NCBI GenBank assembly: GCA_950097015.1
Contig: CATNEN010000041.1
Span: 372,001 to 436,000, forward strand
DNA length: 64,000 nucleotides
Source of the DNA: Macrostomum hystrix
Taxonomy: Eukaryota > Animalia > Platyhelminthes
Reading direction: 5' to 3'
Shown: positions 51,183 through 63,982 of the stretch, piece by piece
Layout: every line of letters begins with the position of its first letter
Position numbering within the stretch: the stretch's first letter is position 1
Notes under the pieces: generated by a model
Databases searched by the model: none
What the model saw: only the letters and a program-made list of their open reading frames with translations
What the model was told of the DNA's origin: nothing
Translations under genes and position numbers: made by a program

Positions 51183-52227
51183 CAATATCGCGTCCTAGAA
51201 GAGGACGAGAGTATCAGAGTGGTCTAACGCGTTGGCCCCTCTCACCAAGTGTCGTCTCTGAGCTCAAGTACGCAGCGAGGCTGCGTAATTGGGGCGCAGC
51301 CGCGTAGAGATGGCTTGGGGCTGTCGTGCAAATTACGCCCGTGAGTTCCAACCTCCAAGTTACAATGACAGTATCAACATATCAAGGGCATAGAGATAAA
51401 ACCACATCTACCTGAGCGGAAGTGTACCCTAGTCTAACATCGAAATGAATTCCAGATATCAACAAAAAGACAAGACAAAAGCGCAACTATTTGATACAAA
51501 AAAAAAGAATCCAAAACACTTGCGGCGCGCTGTGGAGTTGGTTCCTGGCTAGCCAGAAAAAAACTGAATAACACGGACGACAAAAAATGTAAATAACTGA
51601 TAAACCGGAAAACTAAGGAAAAATTTGCTTCTGGCCGGGTAAAAATAATACAATAATTCTAAGCAGGACCATCAGTGGTAGAAGGACGCTTCGCTCTGCG
51701 ACAATTTCATTGAGTGCTGTACTTGCTTTGAAAATTCACTGACGTAAATGGCTCAACTGTGAGACCTGTCAGGCACATCAAAAACAACATCGCAAAAAGT
51801 ACACATCCTAACACTGACAACGCAACTCGCCATGTACTCAATGTATTCTCAAGCAGAATTCGAGGCAGAGCGTGAGTGTTGTGTTGAGACGCATTTTACG
51901 TCTAGTAAGCTTCTACATGGAGTCCTTCGTTCTGCTACATAATTTCGAGCGAAATTAGAAAATAATATAGCATAAAAAAACAAAACTTTGTATAAAAGAC
52001 ACCACAAACAAGAAAATAACGAGGCTTCGAATTCAAAACGAAAACAAGCCGGCAGACTGACGAGTTGGCGAAAAAGGCCGATAGAACAAATGCGGAAACA
52101 GAAACTTAAAATAGTACTAAACAAACCGCCAGGCAACTAGATAAGAGTAAACTACGAGCGTATTTGATACAGAACTCAGTAGCAGATGTAATATGTATTT
52201 ATAAGGAGAAGACAGTTGCGGCAGACA

Positions 52228-52720
52228 GAGTAGACAGCTGGGGTAGACAGAGTAGACAGCTGGGGTAGACAGATTAGACAGCTGGGGTAGACAGAGTAGA
52301 CAGCTGGGGTAGACAGAGTAGACAGCTAGGGTAGACAGAGTAGACAGCTGGGGTAGACAGAGTAGACAGCTGGGGTAGACAGATTAGACAGCTGGGGTAG
52401 ACAGAGTAAACAGCTGGGGTAGACAGCGTGGACAGCTGGGGTAGACAGCGTGGACAGCTGGGGTAGACAGCGTGGACAGCTGGGGTAGACAGCGTGGACA
52501 GCTGGGGGTAGACAGAGTAGACAGCTGGGGTAGGCTGAGTAGACAGCTGGGTGTATAAAGCTAGGGTAGACAGAGTAGACAGCTGGGGTAGGCTGAGTAG
52601 ACAGCTGGGTGTATAAAGCTAGGGTAGACAGAGTAGACAGCTGGGGTAGGCTGAGTAGACAGCTGGGTGTATAAAGCTAGGGTAGACAGAGTAGACAGCT
52701 GGGGTAGACAGAGTAGACAT
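52228..52720. repeat. Minisatellite, about 22-bp unit (gacagagtagacagctggggta) with longer variants
   Basis: Direct inspection. Confidence 0.9.
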
Positions 52721-52868
52721 CTGGCGGCAGACACAGTTTAAGTTTTGAGCAGCATGGATAAGCTGCCGAAGATCAGAGTAAACAATGATGGGCAAAAAAT
52801 GAAGACCTGGCATGAAATAAAGAACGCAGGCTCAGCCAACGTTAAAGAAGAGTCTACTCAAAGTCTAC

Positions 52869-53318
52869 TCAGCTCCCGGGACCTGTTTCCGTCATGAGAA
52901 GGTGCTGCTGCTGACGCCGCGGTCTTTCAGGCCGGCGCAGCTTCTCCTGGCAGCAGTCAGCGCCGGTAGCTGGGCGCCGCTTCCTGGCGTGCTGGAAGGA
53001 CTCGGTGATGCTCAGCTGCACCATCGGCCGGCGTTTCTGCGCTGAAGCCGTCGGCTTCGAGCTGCCACCGGACAGCTTGGAAGGCGCAACCAGCCTACCG
53101 ACATAGTAAAAAGCCGGCAGAGGCACCTTGGCAGGCTGCCAGGGCCCGTAAGTGGCAGCCACGGCGGCCGAGTCTGCGGCTACGACCGCAGCCAGCTGGA
53201 GCTTCAGCAGCTCGCCAAGGCCGCTGTTGCTGTTCGTCACGGCGCTTTTGAATATAACTCGACGCCGAGGATTCGAAACCGGCCGCTTAGGCTGTGGCGG
53301 CTGCTGCTGGCTCTGCAT
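52869..53318 (-). CDS. 149-aa intronless protein, candidate divergent Cip/Kip (CDKN1/Dacapo-like) CDK inhibitor with a PIP-degron-like motif
   Basis: RRRVIF (cyclin-binding-like), amphipathic helix, YGPWQPAKVPLPAFYY (compare the p27 pattern YEWQEV....LPEFYY), QLSITESFQHARKRR. Confidence 0.55.
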   Translation of the reverse strand: MQSQQQPPQPKRPVSNPRRRVIFKSAVTNSNSGLGELLKLQLAAVVAADSAAVAATYGPWQPAKVPLPAFYYVGRLVAPSKLSGGSSKPTASAQKRRPMVQLSITESFQHARKRRPATGADCCQEKLRRPERPRRQQQHLLMTETGPGS

Positions 53319-53439
53319 TCGCTGCTGATCGGCTGTTAAATTTTAACGGACTGCAATTTTGAACCGTTAAATTTGTACGAGAACAGCCAGGAGGCTGGGA
53401 TCCACAGCACAGATAAACTTTGAATTGCTGAAATTTTCT

Positions 53440-54220
53440 GTAGCTTCTCCCCTCAGGTCACTCAGGCAGCAGCTTCTCCCCTCAGACCACTCAGGCAGCA
53501 GCTTCTCCCCTCAGGTCACTCAGGCAGCAGCTCTCCCATCAGACCACTCAGGCAGTAGCTTCTCCCCTCAGGTCACTCAGGCAGCAGCTTCTCCCCTCAG
53601 GTCACTCAGGCAGCGGCTTCTCCCCTCAGGTCACTCAGGCAGCAGCTCTCCCATCAGACCACTCAGGCAGTAGCTTCTCCCCTCAGGTCACTCAGGCAGC
53701 AGCTTCTCCCCTCAGGTCACTCAGGCAGCAGCTCTCCCCTCAGGTCACTCAGGCAGCAGCTTCTCCCCTCAGGTCACTCAGGCAACAGCTCTCCCCTCAG
53801 ACCACTCAGGCAGCAGCTTCTCCCCTCAGGTCACTCAGGCAGCAGCTTCTCCCCTCAGGTCACTCAGGCAGCAGCTTCTCCCCTCAGGTCACTCAGGCAG
53901 CAGCTTCTCCCCTCAGGTCACTCAGGCAGCAGCTTCTCCCCTCAGGTCACTCAGGCAACAGCTCTCCCCTCAGACCACTCAGGCAGCAGCTTCTCCCCTC
54001 AGGTCACTCAGGCAGCAGCTTCTCCCCTCAGGTCACTCAGGCAGCAGCTTCTCCCCTCAGGTCACTCAGGCAGCAGCTTCTCCCCTCAGGTCACTCGGGC
54101 AGCAGCTTCTCCCCTCAGGTCACTCAGGCAGCAGCTTCTCCCCTCAGGTCACTCGGGCAGCAGCTTCTCCCCTCAGGTCACTCGGGCAGCAGCTTCTCCC
54201 CTCAGACCACTCAGGCAGCG
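53440..54220. repeat. Minisatellite, about 29-bp unit (ctcaggtcactcaggcagcagcttctccc), about 27 copies
   Basis: Direct inspection. Confidence 0.93.
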
Positions 54221-54636
54221 GCTTTTTTCCACTGATTTCTGTGGAAATGCCAATGCTTCTAGTAAATAACCAACTGCGAGAGCACATAAAATATAACAGA
54301 GCCAGCAGGAAAGAGTGACAGCTGATAAGGAATAGCTTGGACTCTGATACAGCTTTGATTTGGCTATGCAACTAGCAGACAATTCTATGAGTCTATACTG
54401 AGACAAATCATTTTATTAAAGCTTCTCTGTGACATAGGAGAATAATCATTATATCGCGCAATGAATGCGAGGGCATCAGTCACTCAAGGCAACTAACAAT
54501 GACTGACTAGACAAAAATGAAACTTTCTACTAGACCCCAGGCCCGCATAGATCAGAGCAGCGGGAGCACTGCTAGATGGAAGACAACCAGTCACTCAGGC
54601 AGCGGCCTAACGGTCAGGCCAGTGAGCAGAGCTCAT

Positions 54637-57585
54637 TTAGGCGGACTTTGCCCAGCCCAGGCGGTGCTGTCCTGCGCCAAGCATCAGCGGCTCGGTGGTC
54701 CAGCCGGCACGGTCTAACGCGGCCAGGAAGTTCGGCATCAGCCGGTCGGCCAAGGCAGCCGCGGCCTCTAGGGCAGACTGCTGCTGCTGCTGCTGCAGCT
54801 CCAAGCAGCCGCCGACAGCGTCGAACAGGTCGGGCCGAGTAGCGGCCAGGTGGAGCAGCTCGGACTCGAACGCAGCCCTCAGCTGGTCCTGCGCGGTGGC
54901 GCCCTCGGACAGCGGAGCGTAGAAGCGGCCGGAGGGGCCGGCCAGGACGGTGAATCGGCGTCGCCGCAGTTGTTGAAGGCCCTCGCGGAGGCGGCCAGGT
55001 GGCATGTCGGCGGCTGGGTCGGACAGGGAGCAGCCGAGGCGGAGCGGACAGGCGGCCGGGCGGACCAGCGGCTCGGACCGGTTCACCTGGGCGACGCCGG
55101 CGCAGACGCGACCGCCGCTGGCTACGAAGCTAATGATCACCAGGTGCAGCCGGCTGGGATTTAGCGTCTCCATGGCAACCGAGCGCACGGCGCGCCAATT
55201 GGAGTACAGGTGGCCGGCGGTGAACAGGGCGTAGGTGGCAACGGCAGCGCCGCCAGTGATGAGCGGCACAAACAGTAGGTTGAAAATCAGGGCGCCCAAA
55301 TTCACCAGCGTCTCCTGCGATGCGTCCTTGGCCGACACGTCAGCCATGTTGTGCCTGCGGGCCTGTGGTGGGGAGCTCTTGTAACAAAGCATGTTTTGCT
55401 AAGCATTACTGCAAAATACAAGATGCAGTCAGGAGACATGAGTGGGAAGTATTCGATTAGGATCAGCAATACCCAACTAAAAGGTGGGCAAAGCGGAGTC
55501 AAAGATTGTCTCGAGCAACTAAAAACTCGAAAAGTAAAAAATTCACCAGCTGACTGATGGAGTGAACAGTGAAGGTCAGCTGACTGGTTTTAATAAAAAG
55601 GCTGAGCACTGCGTGAGTCCGACTCTCAGGAAAGACAAACACAGAGGATAGCTCGACACTAACAGAAAACAGACAGCCTGACACTCAAAAAACAGACAGA
55701 GAATCACCAAAACTGACAGAGACACACACAGGACTGATAGCGCCACAATTAACAGAGCAGAAGAGCAGACAGACTCACACAGAGCAGACAGACTCACACA
55801 GAGCAGACAGACTCACACAGAGCAGAAAGACTCACACAGAACAGACAGACTCACACAGAGCAGACAGACTCACACAGAGCAGACAGACTCACACAGCAGA
55901 AGAGCAGACAGACTCACACAGAGCAGACAGACTCACACAGCAGAAGAGCAGACAGACTCACACAGAGCAGACAGACTCACACAGAGCAGACAGACTCACA
56001 CAGCAGAAGAGCAGACAGACTCACACAGAGCAGACAGACTCACACAGAGCAGACAGACTCACACAGAGCAGAAGAGCAGACAGACTCACACAGAGCAGAC
56101 AGACTCACACAGAGCAGACAGACTCACACAGAGCAGACAGACTCACACAGAGCAGACAGACTCACACAGAGCAGAAGAGCAGACAGACTCACACAGAGCA
56201 GACAGACTCACACAGAGCAGACAGACTGACACAGAGCAGACAGACTCACACAGCAGAAGAGCAGACAGACTCACACAGAGCAGACAGACTCACACAGCAG
56301 AAGAGCAGACAGACTGACACAGAGCAGACAGACTCACACAGAGCAGAAGAGCAGACAGACTCACACAGAGCAGACAGACTCACACAGAGCAGACAGACTC
56401 ACACAGCAGAAGAGCAGACAGACTCACACAGACACCCAGACCAGTCATATGCAGGTTTTAACAAAATCAGACAGGCAGTCAGCCAAAAGCTCACCTGGTG
56501 CATGGTGAGCGCAGCACGCGTGGCTCCGCCGCAGACTCCCACCAGTGACAGCAGCATGGAGGCCGCGCACAAGACGACCGCGACGGTGGCGGAGCCGGGC
56601 GAGCCGGCCAGCGGGCAGAGCAGCTGCAGCAGGATGGCCAGGTCATTGAGCACATCGGCCAGCAGGCGGTAGCGCTTGCAGTCCCAGTCGAGGGCGGCGC
56701 CGCGCGCCCAAGTGAACAGGATGCGACCGACCATCCCGCAGCCATCTCGCAGCAACCAGGCGAGGGTGGCGGCGGCCACCGTGGCGCTCTGGTCGCCGAC
56801 GCCGTAGCCAGTCAGGACAGCCCGGCCGGCCAGGGCGCCGGTGACGGAGCTGCAGAATGCCTGGGCGGTGTCCCACAGCTGGTAGGTCAGGTAATCAGAG
56901 GACACGGATTCTGGGTAGCCCTGTGGCAGGAAGACGTCCTTAACAGCGGGATGGGAGGTTTGTCATTGCATATTAGCAGGAGGTTTTGCGTATGCTTAAA
57001 AGATAACTCGTGCCTTTTCATGAGCTCATATTGATCAGATATTGTGCAAACTGACTGGACTCGGGAGTCGGGACTGTATCGAAAACCTCCAAAATGTCTA
57101 ACCCAGATGGTACTTTTAACCATTTACAGCTGGGTGATATGAAGCAATAGGAAATTAAGTACTCATATCTTGGCTCAATGACATAAAGTACTTCCTCAAT
57201 TCGGCAACACACAGCAGTTAAAATGTGATAATAAAAATACTTCAGTGCTACAACTGTAAAAAAGAACTAAAACAAAAGCAGCCAATCATGATGGCTAGAC
57301 ATGCCCTGCAATGAAACGCTCAACCCTGCTGTGCATAATAAATTAGAGATCAGATCTGCCTCAGGGCAGATTGTATAATCAGCAACACAATAATTTAAAA
57401 TCCTAAATCCCAAATCAAATAGCAAGAATTCTTATTTAACAAGCAATCACCTTCATAGTGCTGACAAAACCATCAAATTTCCGTCTTCTGCTTCTGGTCG
57501 TGACACTGTGCTCAGTGAGAACATACTCAGTTGGCTCACCAGAGCCATCATAGCACTCTCTCAGCACTAGGGGCTCTATAGTCAT
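54637..57585 (-). CDS. RUSF1: RUS1/C16orf58 (DUF647) family protein. Exons 57451-57585, 56495-56938, 54637-55362
   Basis: VFLPQGYPESVSSDYLTYQLWDTAQAFCSS, GVGD..AT..AA.L.W.LRDG.GM.GRILF, KRYRLLADVLND, GGATRAALT.HQARRHNMADVSAKD.SQETLVN. Both junctions are phase 0 and the frame is intact. Confidence 0.93.
55752..56430. repeat. Intronic minisatellite, 19-bp unit (acagagcagacagactcac) with variants
   Basis: Direct inspection; within RUSF1 intron 55363-56494. Confidence 0.92.
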
Positions 57586-59982
57586 TGGCAGTGCGGGTGG
57601 GACACCTGGCTGCTTTATGTTATGTTGAAAATTACCTGAAATTAAATGTGCACTGAGTAGAAAATAAAAATAAATCATTAAATTCAGATGACTGCATTGG
57701 AATCTAAATGTTTTTCTCTTTAAAATCTCTAAATTCTCTAGGATTCAGAAAAGTAAGAAGCTTATAAAATGCTTAAAACTTTCAGTAGCCTCTCTTAAAA
57801 TTAAATAGAAAAGATAGAAAAAAATTCGAGCAACTTGTATATCCCTATCATATAGCCTAACCATTTTATAGACCATAATACATTATAGTATAAATATTAC
57901 AAGCATGATGTATACTTACCTGCATACTTCTATGTCATATTTTAACTTTGAATATAAATCAAAAGGCAATGACTTAAACATTCAGTCACAGTCTCCTACT
58001 TAATTAGATATAGTTAAAATATGTTTTTAACTATTTTATTGAAATCCCTTATCATAAATGTAAAATTTAGCAAGGCACATGTAAGGCTAAACTATATTTA
58101 ACTAGAAACTTATTAAACAAAGCCCCATGCCAGAAGCCTTTGATAATAAAGGTCATGGCTAGTATATACAAGCATATTAGTATTAGCCTATTATATACTT
58201 AAGACAATCTAGTTTTACATGTTTAATTCAATTTGATTTTATAATTAAATTGAATGACTTCTTAATTCTTTAATGACTTCTTATATAGTAAAAACTAAAA
58301 AATGACTAACAACCAACAAACAATAAAAAAGCCACCAGATAGGCTATAATAGTATTGTGCTTAGACAGCATAGTGGAGTTGTGTACCACACTAGAAAATA
58401 ATGTTGCCAAGGCAAGGCAAGCTAGCAAGGCAAAAAATCATCTTTAGGCCCACCTTTTTGTCCCTCCCACTCCTAATCTTGTTTTCTTTGGTTTTGGTCA
58501 TTGAAATAGACTTATTCAAGTGAGTTTAAGAAGCTATTTACTTGTAGTAGGGCCTAGCTAAGAAAGTTGTTAGGCCTTTAAAAAAATAAATAAAGGTAGT
58601 TTGGTTATTTGTCCGGTTAATGATTTTATCTTACAAATGATAGAGGTTCTCGTGGTAGCGCTACAACCCCTTATAACTTAGTTAATCACTCAAGAGGAAA
58701 GCCTATCGAGGAGTTGAAATTGTGGTCCTTGCTGTTGATCCGGGTATCGTCCTTCACTGGTGACCCAGTTGACTTTGTAGAAGTATTTGAATGAGTTGCT
58801 ACAACTTCATGCTTCAAAGGAACTTCAAAGGAACTCTTTAGTTGGATAAAAATACAAATCAGACATTAGTTAGATATAAACAATTTGGCTTAAAGGGAAG
58901 ATCTCTTCCGACATGCATAGTTTGGTGCCTTCCTTCTAATGCAGACATTTGGTATGAAATCTAAAATTAACAATAAAATCACTAACTGGACGAATAATCA
59001 AACAGCTATTTGTCTGGTTAACCGGACAAATAACAACTGCCATAAATAAATGTGTAGAACTAGAGGAAAAGGCAACTAGAACGAGTTACATTTACACTTG
59101 TAACATATTAGACCCATAATATGTTATATTATACACTTATTATACATATTATACACTTATGCTTGATAGCCTCAATATAGGCCTAATACACTAATTATCA
59201 AGAGAAAAAATTGCCTATTTGGGAAAGTATTAGAGTTTCATTGTAGCTATGCAAATGGATATAGCTATGGGAATTTATGGATAGGCCTACAAAGCTTTTT
59301 AAACAAAAGTTATGGATATGGATATGGTTAGGCCTACAGGAACTTTTGTTTACTGTATTTAGTTTATGTATCTTGAGTTCTTAACTAGGCCTATAGTTCC
59401 TTGGTGTTTAGGACTCAAGCTTTTTAGAAATTTCAATGCCAGGTGCAAATTATAGGGTGGCCATGGGTTCTCCCCATAGACCTCAATGAGATAGACCCCT
59501 AACAAAGATTTAGAAGTTTACTTTTAGCTAGCTTCCCTAGGTCAACTAATACATGGAAACCAGATTCAAACCTGGAAATTTTGGCATACATTTCCTTATT
59601 TTTTAAATTATTTAGACAGTTTTTTACTTTTATCAATGGATAACAATGAAAAATAGAGAAACAGGGACAGTGTCTGCTAAAGCAGAGTCAGGGAGCTTTG
59701 CCTGACATACCTAAATGATATTGGTTAGAATTCTGGTCGTTTCGGCCGGGTGCTGGTCATTTCGTCAACTGCCAGTTCGTCAACTTGGTTGACGAATTGA
59801 CCAACAGTTTAAGGTGGTCTCACTTGCAGTTGACGAAATGACCAAGGTTTTAGATTGCTTTATCAGTCAGTTGACGAAATGACCTGAGAATGTTAGTTAC
59901 TTCGTCAACTGGCTAGCTACAGTTTGCAAATGTCATAACATGTACATAACATTACCTTTGTTATCATTACCTATTATCCGGA

Positions 59983-60309
59983 ACGTTCTCAATCCATCTT
60001 CGCCACCCCATCCCTAAACTGACAACGTGCCCTGTCTCTGTAACTTGAACCAGGGCCCCTCGCGCTGACACCTGTTCTCTTAAGCTGACAACGTGCACCC
60101 TGTCTCTTTTACTTAAACCAGCGCCCCTCGCGTTGACACATGTTCTCTCAATCTATCTTCGCACCCACCCCCAAACTGACAACGTGCCCTGTCTCTGTAA
60201 CTTGAACCAGGGCCCCTCGCGCTGACACCTGTTCTCTTAAGCTGACAACGTGCACCCTGTCTCTTTTACTTAAACCAGCGCCCCTCGGGTTGACACATGT
60301 TCTCTCAAT
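59983..60309. repeat. 157-bp tandem duplication (2 copies) inside the transposon 5' region
   Basis: aaactgacaacgtgccctgtctctgtaac starts at 60016 and again at 60173. Confidence 0.88.
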
Positions 60310-60476
60310 CCATAAATCTCACTCTCAATGCGCGCGAATTAGCACCTTGTCTTAATCCTCAACTATCATGTCTCAACATGATACGAAATACTTTAAACCT
60401 GACAATGCAACCTCCTCAAACACTATATAATGGAGTAGGGTTTCAGGAGGGCCACTCAATTTTTTACGTCTTGGTA

Positions 60477-62586
60477 ATGGACACTGATAAGTGTATTCAG
60501 TGCTCAGAGACTGTGCGGCCACGTCAACAGGCCATACAGTGCGATTCGTGCCAAAAGTGGCAACATCGAACTTGTGGGACTAGAATCTCACAAGCAGAGT
60601 ACAGGCAGCTTATGCGGCAGGACGTGTTCGCATGGTCGTGTGCCACTTGTCAGGCAAGACCAGCGGCGGAGCCAGCGGCGGAGCCAGCGGCGGAGCCAGC
60701 GGCGGAGCCAGCGACGGAGCCAGCGGCGGAGCCAGCGACGGAGCCAGCGGCGGAGCCAGCGGCGGATCTAGCGGCGGAGCCAGCGGCGGATCTAGCGGCG
60801 GAGCCAGCGGCGGATCTAGCGGCGGAGCCAGCGATGGAGCCAGGGGCGGAGCCAGCGGCGGAGGCAGAAGACGCAGCAGGTCTACTGGCCGAAATGTATG
60901 CTGCCGAAGCAGGTGAGACATTCTATATTTAATAATTAAATAATTTTAAATAAATATTATAGACATTATGGTTAGTACCTTGGGAATTGCTCTTAAATAA
61001 TTAAAGCAAGGCATCGCGAGTTACAGAAATCCAGATACTTCACACGTTTCTTCCTCACAGGGCCCTTCCAAGAGCCGGTCCGTCTCACTGAGGTCTCGAT
61101 GGAAGGTCTGGAGCCTCAGGTGCTCCCAGAAATCGATGAGGCCGGCAATCTAGAGGAATTCGTCATTGTTCGCAATGGCACCAAGAAGCAAAAGCCGTCA
61201 CTTATTCAACGCATTGGAGCTCGAGAATATGTATTGGGGCTGAACGTAGAAAAGAATAACATTCGCTATTGGCGCTGCACCCAACGCAATTCCAGGTTGA
61301 AGTGCCCGGCTTCTGCCATTGAAGACAGTCAGGGCAACATTCGAAGCGGCCAAGCGGCTCACATCTGCGAAGCACGAGTGCGTGAGGGAATGAAGCGCCG
61401 ATTGGTCGCCGAGATCAAGGAGGACGCGAAGCGGCACTGCTTCAGATCGGCTGCAGCAATCGTGGAGGCGAAGTTGCTGGAGACCGGGGACATTGGCCCA
61501 GTGGTACCCGGCATCAATCAGCTGGTGCGAATCGCCAATCGGTCTCGTGAGGTTGGGCGCCCGCAGCCTCCAGTCGACCTCCAGTTTGCACTGGCCTTGG
61601 ATCATCTGCCTCCGAATTTTCTCCGCAGCGATGTCCGAGTCGAAGGCTCAGGCAAGCGTCATCTGCTTCTTTACACATCCAACCAGATAGAGTTGCTCGT
61701 ATCCCGCAGATTGTGGTTTCTGGACGGCACCTTCGATGTCGTTCATGCCCCATTCAAGCAGCTGTACTCGGTGCACTGCTACATCCGACAGGGAACGACA
61801 ATCAAGCAGGTTCCTCTGGCCTTCGCACTAATGTCAGGTAAGTCGGTAAATGACTACACTGCCGTCTTCTCTGCACTGAAACAGGGACTGGGCAACTTGA
61901 CACCGGAGGTCTGTGTCATGGACTTTGAAGCTGCGGCATGGCAGGCTTTACGGTCCGTGTTTCCGGCTGCAAGGTTCCAGGGCTGCCTGTTTCACTTCGC
62001 GCAGGCGATATTTCGTCGCTTGCAGCACCTGGGCCTGCAGCAGGCCTATCTAACAGATCCTGGCACCCGCGACTTCGCTCGCATGCTCATGGCGCTCCCC
62101 TACCTGCCGGCCGAGCACATGGGCGAGGGTCTGGCGCAGATCGTTGCTGGTGTGCACGCGCCACTGCTGCTGGACCTGGCCGAGTACGTGAGCGCAACCT
62201 GGCTGTCGAACCCGGTCCACGGAGTCCACGAAGTCAGTGTGTACGGCCAGTCAATACGTACCAACAACGAGGTCGAGGGCTGGCACCGGAGACTCAAGCA
62301 GCGGGCCGAGAGAGTGCAGTTGACGCTCTACCCACTTCTGCACCTGCTGCACATGGAGGCCAAGCTTGTGCCAATGCATGCCGCGCTGGTGCACCAGGGT
62401 GCTCAGGAGCGCCAGCACAGAGCACGGTACGAGCGTCTGCAGACGACTGTGGAGCGGTACTGGGCGCAGTACCGCACTGGTGAGTTGTCAATCCGTGCAT
62501 TCCTGCTCCGGTGCTCGCGCCTCGGCCACATTCCCCAGTTTGCGTACAGACAGCGGCAACAGGTGCAGCAGCAGCAGCAGGACTAG
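60477..62586 (+). CDS. PHD finger-(PAAE)n linker-FLYWCH-MULE DDE transposase. Exons 60477-60912 and 61061-62586
   Basis: PHD: CIQC...QAIQCDSCQKWQHRTC...WSCATC. FLYWCH-like: YWRC......CPA....H.C. Catalytic FLDGTF, MDFE, GCLFHF (CxxH), RTNNEVEGWH. The phase-1 junction gcag|gtgag...cctcacag|gg is in frame with the 495-aa ORF. Confidence 0.9.
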
Positions 62587-63640
62587 TACGTACGTAAGTG
62601 GATAAGTGTACTGTACATTCTGCGCATGTCTTCAGCTTTATATTTGATTGTGACCTTTGTGGTGGCCTTCTTTGTGATCTTTGTGATTTTGTGCAATGCA
62701 TTTTTCCTTTTTTACCATACAATTACTGCATCTTTGTGGCAGTAACTCCGCCATTGTCTGGTCCCAAGCCCAGAATGAGAAAGGAGGAGGGCTGCATTGA
62801 ATAAACATGCAACGGGAAAAAAGTTTCATGCGGGGCGTGTATTATTGGCAGTTGACGAAGTGACAAAAAGTTGACATCGTCCCATTGAACAGTTGACGAA
62901 ATAACCAAGCTTTGAAAGTATCCTATTGGTTGGTTGACGAAACGACCAATACGGGGAACGGGTTGACGATGTGTCCAGTTGACGAAATGGCAGTTGACGA
63001 AATGACTAGGATCCTTTCGGCCATAGCCACTTGGCCAAAAGCCGAATGAGCATAATAATGCTACATTATTATAGTTCTGTCTGTACATAAATGTAGGCTA
63101 CTGTCCGTAATTTTCAGTACATTTAAGCAGTCTTTAAAAAATGAGTTGAAGCCTAAAGGGCTGTACATCTTCGACTCCATAGCAGTAAATTCCTTCTTGG
63201 ACTCTGCAGCCGAACTCAACGGCAATGCTAATAACAGCAAGTGAATTTTTTCTTTATAAATCTGTAGTCGTCATCGTTTAAGCCGAAGAATCTGTCTAGA
63301 ATAACAAAAGTACCCGCTGTATATAGACAATTAATTATAGAACTAAAAAATGCATACTGACCTTATAAGAAATCTGTTTACAGCTGCGTGAAATAATATA
63401 ACAAACAAAGTCTAGTTTTATCAAATATGTCAACATAGTATATAAAATTTAAACCTGTCAAACATCAGTGAGTTATTATTCGCATATGGATCTTTAATAC
63501 CTTGTTTGTGGAGTCAAGTTAATTGTCAATTTTGTTTAATGTGGTTTAACAGATCATTCTTCGATGTTTTATACTCAAGATAGCTAGTATTATTAATGTG
63601 AAATAAAGTCTAATTCACTTGTCTTCATTTCGCGAAAGGA

Positions 63641-63982
63641 ATGAACGAAAGTAGGAATAGACCTAATAATGGTGAATATCGAGAATATCACCCATCCACG
63701 TCAACATCTAAGGCTGTACGAACAGATAACCGAAAATGGCAAAACTCTTCATTGACAAGAAATAATGACTCGTTTGACAGAAGCGGTGGGCGAAATTTGA
63801 CTCGAAATCGTACATACCAGCGAAGCAATCATTTTGATACAACCACAACTCTTCAAAGTGAAGAGTCTGTGTCTGGTGTACATGCTGGTCAGGATTCCGA
63901 TTGGCCACAGCCTAGAAAAGGATGGAGTCGAAACACTCCTGGTCCCGAAGTTGGCAATCCAGTCCAAAGCAAAAATGAAACA
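63641..63982 (+). CDS. Probable first coding exon (114 codons, N/R/S-rich low complexity) of a gene continuing beyond the window
   Basis: Open frame from ATG 63641 (MNESRNRPNNGEY...GNPVQSKNET) to a strong gtaagt donor at 63983. It is absent from the ORF track because the frame has no stop in the window. Confidence 0.5.

Larger units (their letters stand above)
59748..63014 (+). mobile_element. Complete Mutator-like (MULE, Phantom-type) DNA transposon, about 3.27 kb
   Basis: 8-bp TSD TTTCGGCC at 59740-59747 and 63015-63022. Imperfect TIR GGGTGCTGGTCATTTCGTCAACTGCCA vs GGATCCTAGTCATTTCGTCAACTGCCA. At least 5 subterminal GTTGACGAAATGAC motifs at each end; internal transposase. Confidence 0.92.

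Noticed and set aside
51225-51360. Possible second tRNA-derived SINE (gagtggtctaacgcg A-box-like)
   Set aside because: The B box is degenerate and there is no second copy in the window, so it cannot be supported.
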